The notes under the pieces: model-generated
Told to the model about the DNA's origin: nothing
Seen by the model: only the letters and a program-made list of their open reading frames with translations
Databases searched by the model: none
Program-made: the position numbers and the translations under genes
Shown: piece by piece, positions 12,130 to 21,063 of the stretch
Layout: every line of letters starts with the position of its first letter
How positions within the stretch are numbered: position 1 is the stretch's first letter
Virus record (IMG/VR): IMGVR_UViG_3300046779_001541
Location: 3,109-67,108 of that record
DNA: 64,000 bases
Direction: 5' to 3' (one strand)
DNA from: a virus
Lineage: Duplodnaviria > Caudoviricetes

Positions 12130-12867
12130 TTAGTACCCTCCCTGAGAACTTCCAGATTCTAGGGGGTGATTGCCAGAGGCTAGCTGCTCTTTCCAGTCTT
12201 CCTGCATCTCTTTCTGCTGCTCTCGGACCTTCTCGATTTCCTGCTCCCACTCCTTCATTCGCTCCTCGGAGTAGGTTGACTCGGCGTAGTCCCAGAAGGC
12301 CCCGATGGTGTGTCTGGTAGCCCCCTTAACTACGGTAACCTCGTGCACATTATTGATACCACCAGGAAAAGTAACTAATTGGCGAGCCTTTGGCTTTAAT
12401 TTGATCGTGTGGTCGCGGAAGTTCAACTCCCCACCCTCATAGTCATCGTTGATGTATAGAAGGCAGACTAGTTTACTCTTCTCCCATGCTGAAGGATTCC
12501 CGTCCATGTCGGTGTTATCTGAGTGAAATGGAGCAAACGCCCCTACTTGCCACTTCTGAGCGTGGGATGAGACAGACTTAACTGGACGCTGGTGAGCATC
12601 TTCCACTGCCTTGTGCATGCGCTCTGCCAACTTACCTAAATAGTCAGTAGGGAGTCCGTACTTCTCCAGCAATGGGTCTTCTGGCATAATGCTCATGCCG
12701 TATGACTCAAAGAATGCTGACATGCTCCATGGCTGCTCTGGGTCCTCGAAGAATGCAATAATTTTTGCGCCATCTTCCTCGGAGATAAAGTTGTCGTAGA
12801 AGATGATGTCGTCTTTTAGGTAACCCTTATCACCAAACTCAGTTGGTGTCGTCTCAGTGTTGGTCAT
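12130..12867 (-). CDS. Fe(II)/2OG oxygenase, prolyl 4-hydroxylase-like
   Basis: FHSD...LYINDDYEGGEL...NVHEV...RHTI (HxD...H...R). Confidence 0.9.
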   Translation of the reverse strand: MTNTETTPTEFGDKGYLKDDIIFYDNFISEEDGAKIIAFFEDPEQPWSMSAFFESYGMSIMPEDPLLEKYGLPTDYLGKLAERMHKAVEDAHQRPVKSVSSHAQKWQVGAFAPFHSDNTDMDGNPSAWEKSKLVCLLYINDDYEGGELNFRDHTIKLKPKARQLVTFPGGINNVHEVTVVKGATRHTIGAFWDYAESTYSEERMKEWEQEIEKVREQQKEMQEDWKEQLASGNHPLESGSSQGGY

Positions 12868-13330
12868 TAGTCTCTCCTGTATATCCTAGGTTTGTTAGGA
12901 AACGGTCTACTTGAAATCTTTGGTTATCCTTTGAGAATAGCTTAGCAAAGTCATAGACCAATTTGTTATAAGAATCGCTATCCATCTTGCTGCTGGCCTC
13001 GCTGAGAATTATAGCAGCTTCATGGTACTGCTCTCTATGAAACACGCACTCGCCTCCCCTAGGTCTGCGAAGCACTTTGCTGTGAACCCTACCAGTTGGT
13101 TCGTACAGCTCGACAGTCAAGAAATCCTTAGCGAATCCCCAGTCAGTGTAGGCTGCATATCCAGTAGCGGCGTCTATTGCATCGCCATAGAAGTAGATTG
13201 ATCTCGCTGGTTGCTCGCCATCTCGTGCGACAGTCAACATGTAAGAGTCTGCTGTCTTATCGGCTACTCTAGATTTGTATTGAGCCACCATATCTACATG
13301 TTCATTTTTCAATTCACTCATATTATTCAC
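12854..13330 (-). CDS. Hypothetical protein within the oxygenase block
   Basis: 158-aa ORF overlapping both neighbours; no recognisable motif. Confidence 0.55.
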   Translation of the reverse strand: MNNMSELKNEHVDMVAQYKSRVADKTADSYMLTVARDGEQPARSIYFYGDAIDAATGYAAYTDWGFAKDFLTVELYEPTGRVHSKVLRRPRGGECVFHREQYHEAAIILSEASSKMDSDSYNKLVYDFAKLFSKDNQRFQVDRFLTNLGYTGETNDQH

Positions 13331-14204
13331 CGCCTGGGTTCGTATACATGCTGTTATCGTAGACTTTTGGTCTAATGCCTATTCCAGTGAACTTACGCTG
13401 ACCTGCACTAAATCCCCCCATAACCGCGTGGTACATTCTAAATAAATCTACTACAAGCAAGTCACCTTGCTGCCAGTGTTGTGAGTACCTAATTGATGTA
13501 TTTTCATTTAAATTATCTTTAAGCATAGCTAGTAGTTCATCTAATCTAGCTATCTGCTCTTCAGTGGCTGGTGCTCCAGCATACGTGTGCAGCTTTGGCA
13601 TAGCGTAGCTCCCTTGGTCAGTCTCTACTCTAAGTAGAGGTAGACCAGACACTGGATGCGCGTCTACTACTTTTGTGTAAAATGGGCCCTTACCGTGTGG
13701 AGCTGGTTTATCCCAAACGACTATCGAATTAGCTAGAAATTCTCTGTCGTTTTCGCTATACAGACCATACAGCTCTATAGAGTCTACGAATCTAGTATCC
13801 CCCGAGCCATTTGGTCCAGTGAATGTTGTCATATTCCATATACCAGCAAGGATTGGGTGCACATAATACACTTGCTCGATATGCCAGTCGAGCACGTATT
13901 CGTCATTTGTCTGCGTGTACTCTTTATCTGGGTTATCTGAGTGCCCGCCTTGGTATATCGATGTGTCAATAGTGGACTGAGGGGCATCAGAGGCAAAATT
14001 CCAAGAATATATGTCACCTAGGTTTTGTGTGAATAGTATCTGATCCTCTAAAGAAAGCTCGGCTCCTCTAAGTACTAAAACACCGTCTGAGTTAAATGCG
14101 CTGACTACGCTAGGCAGTTTAGATATGGCATCTTCTATTGAAGTTATCTCTATGACTGTTAAAGATTTTTCTACATTGTTAGATTTCACTGTGATTGTAG
14201 TCAT
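13323..14204 (-). CDS. TauD/TfdA-family Fe(II)/2OG dioxygenase
   Basis: GVLVLRG, DWHIEQ (HxE), GDTRFVD, HPVSG, WQQGDLLVVD...YHA...R. Confidence 0.85.
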   Translation of the reverse strand: MTTITVKSNNVEKSLTVIEITSIEDAISKLPSVVSAFNSDGVLVLRGAELSLEDQILFTQNLGDIYSWNFASDAPQSTIDTSIYQGGHSDNPDKEYTQTNDEYVLDWHIEQVYYVHPILAGIWNMTTFTGPNGSGDTRFVDSIELYGLYSENDREFLANSIVVWDKPAPHGKGPFYTKVVDAHPVSGLPLLRVETDQGSYAMPKLHTYAGAPATEEQIARLDELLAMLKDNLNENTSIRYSQHWQQGDLLVVDLFRMYHAVMGGFSAGQRKFTGIGIRPKVYDNSMYTNPGGE

Positions 14205-15051
14205 CTTTCAACTCTCCAGACTCTAGTAGGCTGTAGTACTCTTCTATCGTCATGCGCATTCTCATGTATGGTTCCATAATTTTTAAATCATGGCGGCGCT
14301 TCCTCTGACGTTCCATCTCTTCAAATTTGTCACCATATTTTTCGTTTAATGCATGCCATACAGGAGTGCCTTCGAACTCATACATCCAGTAAAGTCTAGT
14401 TATATACTTTGGAGCTCCATATATTCTTTTAACGCCGTGATAGTACGGGTGCCCAGACGGAAATACTACTAAATCTCCAGCTTTAGGTTTATATTCAAAC
14501 TCCTTGGCTATCTTTCCGTCGGCGATAACGCGAAATGCGATCTCTCCACCTTCATAATCATCATTAGGGTAGAGAACTCCAGTTATGCCAAATTTATCTC
14601 CAGGACCATCAGCGTCTTCTGGCATATAGTCACTGTGATAGTTCATGGTCAAGTTCTCATCGCCATTTAGATTCTCGTCTGGGATATATCTAGCTAGGCC
14701 CCAGGGTTGGCAGGACCAGTTAGGCAGTGGCTTACCTGTATATTCTACGTAAAACTTAGTAGCTAGGTGGAATGCCTTAGCTACTTCTAAGAAATATTTA
14801 TCAGATCCAACTTCTCGTTCCGCTGACTTTGCCACTTCTAGCCACTCATCCCAGGTCGGTAGGTGCGGGTGGCTCCTAAATGAGTGTACTCGGCTATCTA
14901 TTTGTCGGCCGAATCCATACCAGCCGCGCCACTCTCCAAACTCTTCGTAGTAGTCTATGTAGTCATCTGGGTCAGATAGTACATTATGGAAGACAATCAC
15001 GTTGTCGTCTAAAATCTCTACATTAGGGTCATCTACTGTATAGTCTTTCAT
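14179..15051 (-). CDS. Fe(II)/2OG oxygenase, P4H-like
   Basis: YHSD...YPNDDYEGGEI...PKAGDLVVFPS..YYHGV...KY. Confidence 0.9.
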   Translation of the reverse strand: MKDYTVDDPNVEILDDNVIVFHNVLSDPDDYIDYYEEFGEWRGWYGFGRQIDSRVHSFRSHPHLPTWDEWLEVAKSAEREVGSDKYFLEVAKAFHLATKFYVEYTGKPLPNWSCQPWGLARYIPDENLNGDENLTMNYHSDYMPEDADGPGDKFGITGVLYPNDDYEGGEIAFRVIADGKIAKEFEYKPKAGDLVVFPSGHPYYHGVKRIYGAPKYITRLYWMYEFEGTPVWHALNEKYGDKFEEMERQRKRRHDLKIMEPYMRMRMTIEEYYSLLESGELKDDYNHSEI

Positions 15052-15060
15052 TGTTATCCC

Positions 15061-15708
15061 TTAAATTGTTAGATCTAGTAGGTTTTTTATTGGCATATGC
15101 ACGTGGGTAATTATTGTTTTTCTGCCGCTAATTAGTGGCCTTGACTCATGCAAGTATCCCGACGGGAAAACTACTACGCTACCTGCTTTATTCTTTATCG
15201 AGATATCTAAGCCAGGTTGAACTATACCCAATTCCCCGCCTTCGTAGTTATCGTCCAGGTAGACGGCTATGGTTATAGTGTCCCTATCTGGTACAACCAT
15301 ATCGGTGTGTGGTCCCATGTCTTTGTTTTCATCGTACCTACGAATTCCATAGGTGTGGGATCCAAATATTTCTCTATGAAGATGTTCTATTTCCGAATCA
15401 TCCGCGCCCTGTGCTTTTAGATATAGTGCTGTGCATGCTTCCATTGCTCCCAGGATGGAGGTCAATACGTATTCGGACTTGTCTCTAACTAAAGGGTCCG
15501 CTTCCAACTCTAAATCTGGATAACTTAAGGTTTTAAGGTCTCCGTAGGGGTTCTCTTTAGAGTTATTATTTGCGTACCAGACTTCCCATGGGGTCACGGA
15601 TAGACTATTAACTTCCTCTAGGGTAGCCATTACATTGTCTATTTCCGAGATCGCGCCTGGGAAGTAGTAGACATTTCTATGTAGTACTTCGTGAACTAAC
15701 TCAGACAT
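15061..15708 (-). CDS. Fe(II)/2OG oxygenase, P4H-like
   Basis: PHTD...YLDDNYEGGEL...VVFPSGYLHES...GRK. Confidence 0.9.
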   Translation of the reverse strand: MSELVHEVLHRNVYYFPGAISEIDNVMATLEEVNSLSVTPWEVWYANNNSKENPYGDLKTLSYPDLELEADPLVRDKSEYVLTSILGAMEACTALYLKAQGADDSEIEHLHREIFGSHTYGIRRYDENKDMGPHTDMVVPDRDTITIAVYLDDNYEGGELGIVQPGLDISIKNKAGSVVVFPSGYLHESRPLISGRKTIITHVHMPIKNLLDLTI

Positions 15709-15711
15709 ATG

Positions 15712-16497
15712 TTAGTCCTCGTCTAGATACTTTGTAGGCCCAGCGTTAACGTCTTTGTATGCTGAACCAGCATTGAACTTCTCTCGTGACTCTGGGTCAT
15801 TAGGGTCAAACTCTGGCTGAAAAATAAATCCAGGGAACATATACTTATCCCCGCTCTTCATTACGTGAACCTGGTGCTTATACGGGTGTGTAGATGGGAA
15901 GATTAGCGCCTGGCCCGCCTTTGGCTTAATGGTGAAGTCAACTAATTCAGCGTTTGATGGGTCATTTACATCGTCAGCTGGACGTAAGTGCCCATTCTTA
16001 GGATTGCGAAGATCATATGGTCTAATGATAAACGACAATTCTCCGCCGTCATAGTCATCATTGAGATACACAACAATAGACCACTTGATACTTAGATCTC
16101 CAGCTTGAGCGTCAAAGTGCGCGCCCATGGCACAGCCAGGGCGGTACTTCATTACACCAGCAAAGGGGGAGACATTTGGCTCTCCCTCTTCACCGTGATC
16201 TTCATAGAATGCAGCCGAGATCTTCTCCACTGCGCCCCTAATTTGGCCAACTACCCAGCGTACATCATCTGCTCTGTCTGAGACTAGATCATCGAGTGCA
16301 TCTAGATTAAAGTCTTTCTTACTGCCAAAACTGTGACCGTCCTGAGTATTAGAGAACCAGAAACCCCATTCTGGGATTACTGATTGAACTGACTCGTCTT
16401 CATCTAATTCCTCGATTAAGCGGACTAACCTCTGAGGGTCATCTAGAACCTCGCTATATAGGTACACATTCTCGTGAAGCTTTTTCTCTAAATACAT
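15712..16497 (-). CDS. Fe(II)/2OG oxygenase, P4H-like
   Basis: AHFD...YLNDDYDGGEL...PKAGQALIFPSTHPYKHQV...GDKY. Confidence 0.9.
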   Translation of the reverse strand: MYLEKKLHENVYLYSEVLDDPQRLVRLIEELDEDESVQSVIPEWGFWFSNTQDGHSFGSKKDFNLDALDDLVSDRADDVRWVVGQIRGAVEKISAAFYEDHGEEGEPNVSPFAGVMKYRPGCAMGAHFDAQAGDLSIKWSIVVYLNDDYDGGELSFIIRPYDLRNPKNGHLRPADDVNDPSNAELVDFTIKPKAGQALIFPSTHPYKHQVHVMKSGDKYMFPGFIFQPEFDPNDPESREKFNAGSAYKDVNAGPTKYLDED

Positions 16498-16503
16498 AAT
16501 TTC

Positions 16504-17283
16504 CTACTCGAACTGCCATAAAGGGGTAGAGTCTTGGATGGCGTTGGCATTTACCATCCATCTTTTTACATCAGGACCTATCGGTGTAACCCAGTGCTCG
16601 TACGGGAACGCGCAAGGGAAAATAACAACATCTCCAGCTAAGGGCTTGTGCGAGGCTTCGGTAGAGCCTGACTCTACATATTTGCCGTCTTCACCTTTAG
16701 CGTAGCGCCTAACGGTTATCTCTCCGCCATCTCCGTAATCATCATTCAAATATAGATTGTATGCAAATGTCTGATTGGCAATATCGTGATCTTCTTTTGC
16801 GTCTTGATAGCCCCAGTCGCCATTTGGGTGTAGGTGTAGGTGCCCCGAGTAGTCTGAGTGTGGTCCTACTCCCTGCGGTCCTTGGTAATACCTAAACTCT
16901 AGAGGAGCATGTTGGATAATGTTTATATCTAACTGCCAGCGTGCTTTGTAGTCATCTACAACTTCTTCGAACATCTGAAGAAGTTTAATCATAGGCTCGT
17001 AGGCCGTGTCGTCAATTTTAGGGTTAGGATATCTAGCTTTGAAATCTTTAAAAATAGGTCCGCCCAGGATCGACTGATCTAGATCTCTAGGGTTTCTGTA
17101 GTATTCCAGAAGGGGCCTGCGACGTAGCCCGTCCTGGTCTTCCCATTCTTCAGCTGGAGCTAGAAGATATCCGTCACCGTGCGGAGCGGTGTAAAATGAA
17201 TCTATAAGTGCCGAGCAATCTTCTCTAGGGAATACGCCTTCATAGACAGTTACATACTTTAGGATGTCTTTAGCTGAGTTCAC
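16504..17283 (-). CDS. Fe(II)/2OG oxygenase, P4H-like
   Basis: PHSD...YLNDDYGDGGEI...VIFPCAFPYEHWV...KRW. Confidence 0.88.
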   Translation of the reverse strand: MNSAKDILKYVTVYEGVFPREDCSALIDSFYTAPHGDGYLLAPAEEWEDQDGLRRRPLLEYYRNPRDLDQSILGGPIFKDFKARYPNPKIDDTAYEPMIKLLQMFEEVVDDYKARWQLDINIIQHAPLEFRYYQGPQGVGPHSDYSGHLHLHPNGDWGYQDAKEDHDIANQTFAYNLYLNDDYGDGGEITVRRYAKGEDGKYVESGSTEASHKPLAGDVVIFPCAFPYEHWVTPIGPDVKRWMVNANAIQDSTPLWQFE

Positions 17284-17962
17284 TGGAATCCCCTGATTTG
17301 TGGCTTTTTATGGTCCAAAAGAATGGACACACGTATCTAATTCCAGATCTAATCTCTGTAACCCCGTGAATGTAGTGCATGTCGCCTGGGAAGAAGTATG
17401 CTGCTCCAGCTTTTGGCTTAAACTGAATTCCCTGATTAGGGAAGTAAAGTTCTCCACCCTCGTAATCATCGTTGATATAGAAAAGACCAGCGATGTCGTA
17501 GTACGGGAAGTCATTCGGCTTTCCGCGACCTTCACCTTCGTGCAGCTCTTTGTCAGCATGCGGCTGTTGACGCTGCCCAGGTAGCCATCGGACAATAGCT
17601 GGGCTGGTAGCGTGAGCGTCTACATTAAAAAATGCGTCTACTTTTTCCTTTAAACGAAGCTGCATCCCTACGATAATCTCTGAAATCCTAGGGTCTACGC
17701 TGTCCAATGTTGGAGTTGTAGCCACTCGGTGGTCCCAGTAGCCAGAATCGTAGATGACAGTACCGTCTTCGTTATAGTGGGTCTCTGTCTTATCCCAGGT
17801 CTCGTTTGTCTTAGCGAACTCCGTCAAAATACGGAGCTCTTCCTCGGTCATAAAATCTTCAAGTGCGACAATATTGTCAGCGGAGTCGCCGAAAAACCCT
17901 GATGGAGTTATGGACTCGTAAGGGCGTTCACTACTATTTGTGACGTTTTCTGTCATTGCCAT
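17270..17962 (-). CDS. Fe(II)/2OG oxygenase, P4H-like
   Basis: PHAD...YINDDYEGGELYF...PKAGAAYFFPG...YIHGV...RY; TAGGAT lies 6 nt before the ATG. Confidence 0.9.
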   Translation of the reverse strand: MAMTENVTNSSERPYESITPSGFFGDSADNIVALEDFMTEEELRILTEFAKTNETWDKTETHYNEDGTVIYDSGYWDHRVATTPTLDSVDPRISEIIVGMQLRLKEKVDAFFNVDAHATSPAIVRWLPGQRQQPHADKELHEGEGRGKPNDFPYYDIAGLFYINDDYEGGELYFPNQGIQFKPKAGAAYFFPGDMHYIHGVTEIRSGIRYVCPFFWTIKSHKSGDSSELS

Positions 17963-17976
17963 AGGACTATCCTACC

Positions 17977-18726
17977 CTACTCGTACTTACGTCTTTCCCA
18001 GACTTCGCGCTGATACACGCCGCCATCTGGCATGCGATACTTAGCACTATTTTCCTGGTTTTTCTGCATCATTTCCATTGGATTGAAACTAGTTACAACC
18101 TCTGATTCCCAATTTTCGCGTTTAAATGGGAGAATCTGAGCGTAAGGAGTCCCAGCTGGAATAACTCCAGTGAACCCTTTAGCAATAAAAAACGGCATAG
18201 TCCCTGGCAAGTGGACTTTATCGTTGTCGATAATCCCGCTTGTAGTTAAAAAGGGCAGCTCAAATCGGTTAAACGGCTGAGTATAGAGCGCGCTATATCC
18301 AGCTGGAAGCTCTACAGCCCAGTCTGACCACCATGCAAAGTGCTTCTGGTGATACCCCAGAGGGTGCTCAAACTGAGGCATTGGCATTCTGTCTTGAATA
18401 AAGTCTTTGTTCTTTTCATCCAAAACTTTTGCGTGAATATTTCCAGTGGAGTCTTCATAGAACTCTATGTCACACGGGGTCTTATACATATACCCGCTAC
18501 CCATAATGTCATATACAGCGGGGCAAGCCTTCCAAGTCGGGACTTTACCGCCTCCGTTTGGCATCTCCCAGGCTTTGCCAGTCATAGGGTTCATGGCAAA
18601 TCTATCGGCATTCCTATACCAATCTGGAATGGTTTTCAAAGCTGGCCCTGGCTTGGATGGGCTTTCGTCATTCAACCATGGGCGATTTACAACAAATTTA
18701 GCTTTCTGAGTGTCCAGTTGACTCAC
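17977..18726 (-). CDS. Conserved phage hypothetical protein, DUF6065-like
   Basis: TWKACPAVYDIMGSGY...P.GYS.L...P.NR...PF....G.ID.D...GTP.AQ.LPFKRE. Confidence 0.55.
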   Translation of the reverse strand: MSQLDTQKAKFVVNRPWLNDESPSKPGPALKTIPDWYRNADRFAMNPMTGKAWEMPNGGGKVPTWKACPAVYDIMGSGYMYKTPCDIEFYEDSTGNIHAKVLDEKNKDFIQDRMPMPQFEHPLGYHQKHFAWWSDWAVELPAGYSALYTQPFNRFELPFLTTSGIIDNDKVHLPGTMPFFIAKGFTGVIPAGTPYAQILPFKRENWESEVVTSFNPMEMMQKNQENSAKYRMPDGGVYQREVWERRKYE

Positions 18727-19468
18727 CGTCTTCCTCTACCTCGTAGCTTTGACCAGTGAACGGGCAAGTCACGGTTTTCAGTTTAATTGATTTAGTTTCG
18801 TGCTCTCCCACTGAATCTCCTCTGTAGTCAACGGCATCACGGTACATCTTTGACCAGTCACCAACCCCGTTTTTTATTTCTTGAATGTCACCATACTTAC
18901 GGACTTCTTGCCAATACTCTTGCTCTGGTAGCCCCTCTATAATTTCCATCTCGTATGATTCTTGTAGATCAGTCAGAGATATAGGTAGAACTGCAGCAAT
19001 AGGAGTCCCAGCTGGAATATGTATCTCTACATTTGGCTCGGTTAGTCGCCAAGCTAGAGGTAGCATATGTATATAAAAAGAAGTGCTAATCAGCGTAGTG
19101 TAGCACTGGGCCCCTCGCACAAACAGGTTCGGAACTGGCATTGCCATCATTGATGTCTTTTCATCAGAAATGAATCTAAGACCAGTGGTGAAGCTGATAG
19201 TGGCGTTTCCTCTGCCAGTATTGAGGAATTGATGACCTTCTAGTATTGTCACGTGATCTGGCGTAGTGTCTGTCACGCCGTCCCAAACAAATCTGAGGTC
19301 TTCTGGAAAGGAGATCCCCCAGCCTAGGCGATTAGTCAAATTTAGGGGGAAGCACATGTAGGCGTGCTTATCCGCTGTCTCATCCATCCAATCTCTACGC
19401 GCAGTTAGTTGGTCTAGATTTGCAACCTTACCTTCTGGAAAAAGTTTTTGTACCTGTATTTTAGGCAT
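18698..19468 (-). CDS. DUF6065-family protein
   Basis: RRDWMD...HAYMCFPL..TN.LGW...G.ATI.F...P.N...GTPIAA..P. Confidence 0.65.
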   Translation of the reverse strand: MPKIQVQKLFPEGKVANLDQLTARRDWMDETADKHAYMCFPLNLTNRLGWGISFPEDLRFVWDGVTDTTPDHVTILEGHQFLNTGRGNATISFTTGLRFISDEKTSMMAMPVPNLFVRGAQCYTTLISTSFYIHMLPLAWRLTEPNVEIHIPAGTPIAAVLPISLTDLQESYEMEIIEGLPEQEYWQEVRKYGDIQEIKNGVGDWSKMYRDAVDYRGDSVGEHETKSIKLKTVTCPFTGQSYEVEEDGESTGHSES

Positions 19469-20250
19469 TAGTTTTCAGATTCCTCGTAGATGTCTGGTCT
19501 GTGATACTTCTCTGAATAGTCCAGCATAGTCACCATCGAGTACTTAACTCCAGACTTTACTGGCATAGCGCGGTGAGGATACATGAAGTTGGACGGAAAT
19601 ACGTAAACGTCTCCAGCTTTAGCCTTCACCTGAGCGTTCTGTAGTCTAAAGAAAAGCTCTCCGCCTTCATAATCATCATTCGGGAATCCAACAAGAGACA
19701 CTACGCAGTTATACGAGTAGCCGTGGTCGTGGTGCTCCTGAAAGTGTTGACCTTCCCCGTATCGCACGTAGTTAGTTGCTTCCCAGTAGCGAAGTTCACC
19801 GATGTTATAACGACGAGTATAATCCTTAACTACCTGAAGTTCTCGGTATGTCACATCATCTGCTAGCTTCTTGAGAATTTCCCCCGCCTCTGAGTTATCT
19901 TGTTCGATGTCTGTTTTCTTATATTTAAAATCTACGCAGTCTCTATACTCAGGCATCTTCATCTGATATCCAACCATAGCTTCGCGCCAGTCGTAATCAT
20001 TAGATGGGTCGTCTATTACAGACTCTAGGCGCTTAATTATGTCCAGATTAGTTGGCAGAACGTCTCGGTAGACCCAGATGCCACTTCCTGGCACAACTTC
20101 TTGACATGATGACCATGTCTGCTCTTCGATGGTGTACCACTTAACTAAACGATTGTGGATATTCTGCTGCTCTTGCTTACCTTTTTGGTCAATAGCGGCG
20201 TCTGCTTTTTGCTTTTCTTGTAGCTCTTCAGCTGTCAATTCCTGGGCCAT
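19468..20250 (-). CDS. Fe(II)/2OG oxygenase, P4H-like
   Basis: EHHD...FPNDDYEGGELFF...FPSNFMYPHRAMPVKSGVKY. Confidence 0.9.
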   Translation of the reverse strand: MAQELTAEELQEKQKADAAIDQKGKQEQQNIHNRLVKWYTIEEQTWSSCQEVVPGSGIWVYRDVLPTNLDIIKRLESVIDDPSNDYDWREAMVGYQMKMPEYRDCVDFKYKKTDIEQDNSEAGEILKKLADDVTYRELQVVKDYTRRYNIGELRYWEATNYVRYGEGQHFQEHHDHGYSYNCVVSLVGFPNDDYEGGELFFRLQNAQVKAKAGDVYVFPSNFMYPHRAMPVKSGVKYSMVTMLDYSEKYHRPDIYEESEN

Positions 20251-20258
20251 TTTTATCC

Positions 20259-20990
20259 TTAGTACTTTAGTTTGTAATCTTCAACAACTTGGGAGACTCT
20301 TTGGTTGACACCATCTCTGTCGTGGTAGTCAGTCATAACTACAACTGCATATTTAGTGCCACTAATCATTTCTTTAGATGCGTGTTCATAGATGAATGTA
20401 GACGGGAATACAGCAATATCGCCCTTCTTTGGTTTCAACTCTACACCGAATCTAGGGAACCACAATTCCCCGCCCTCATAATCGTCATTTAGATATATGA
20501 CAGCCGAGATGGTGGCCACATAAGTCGGGCCGTGATCAGCGTGAATCCTAAACTGCGTGCCAGCGCCTTCGTACTTGACAAAGTTGAATGCTTCATAGGC
20601 TCGAATACCTACTCCCCAATAGGCTCCATAATCATCAACGCACATCCGTAGCCGCTGGAAAATTTCTTCGTGAATACTGTACAGCTCAGAATTCTCTACG
20701 GTCTTTGGCCCTAAGTTGTTGCTGGAGACTTTAAAATCCTGGGCATTTCTTGCGTATGAATCTACATCAGATGAGTTAGTGACTTTTGCGCCTTGCCATT
20801 GAAACTGCATATCGCCATTTAAATTTCGCTCTAATGTCTCGATATATCTGTCGCAGTCGGCAGCTGGGATGGCATTGCGATATACGTTAATCCCTAGGGC
20901 TGGATTTAAAACTGACATTGGCCCTAGCTGTCGATCTGCCATGCGAGTACTCGCGGTCTCTGATCTATCTTTTGTGAACCAGTTATTCAT
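20259..20990 (-). CDS. Fe(II)/2OG oxygenase, P4H-like
   Basis: IHAD...YLNDDYEGGELWF...FPSTFIYEHAS...GTKY. Confidence 0.9.
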   Translation of the reverse strand: MNNWFTKDRSETASTRMADRQLGPMSVLNPALGINVYRNAIPAADCDRYIETLERNLNGDMQFQWQGAKVTNSSDVDSYARNAQDFKVSSNNLGPKTVENSELYSIHEEIFQRLRMCVDDYGAYWGVGIRAYEAFNFVKYEGAGTQFRIHADHGPTYVATISAVIYLNDDYEGGELWFPRFGVELKPKKGDIAVFPSTFIYEHASKEMISGTKYAVVVMTDYHDRDGVNQRVSQVVEDYKLKY

Positions 20991-21015
20991 AGTAGCTTTA
21001 TCCTACTACACATTT

Positions 21016-21058
21016 AAAAAGAAAAGCGGCTAGATTTCTCTAGCCGCTACTTCTTTTT
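21016..21058 (-). terminator. Intrinsic terminator after the PPFF gene (possibly bidirectional)
   Basis: 10-bp stem AGCGGCTAGA/TCTAGCCGCT, a GAAA loop on the minus strand, and T-rich runs on both sides. Confidence 0.8.
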
Positions 21059-21063
21059 GAGTC

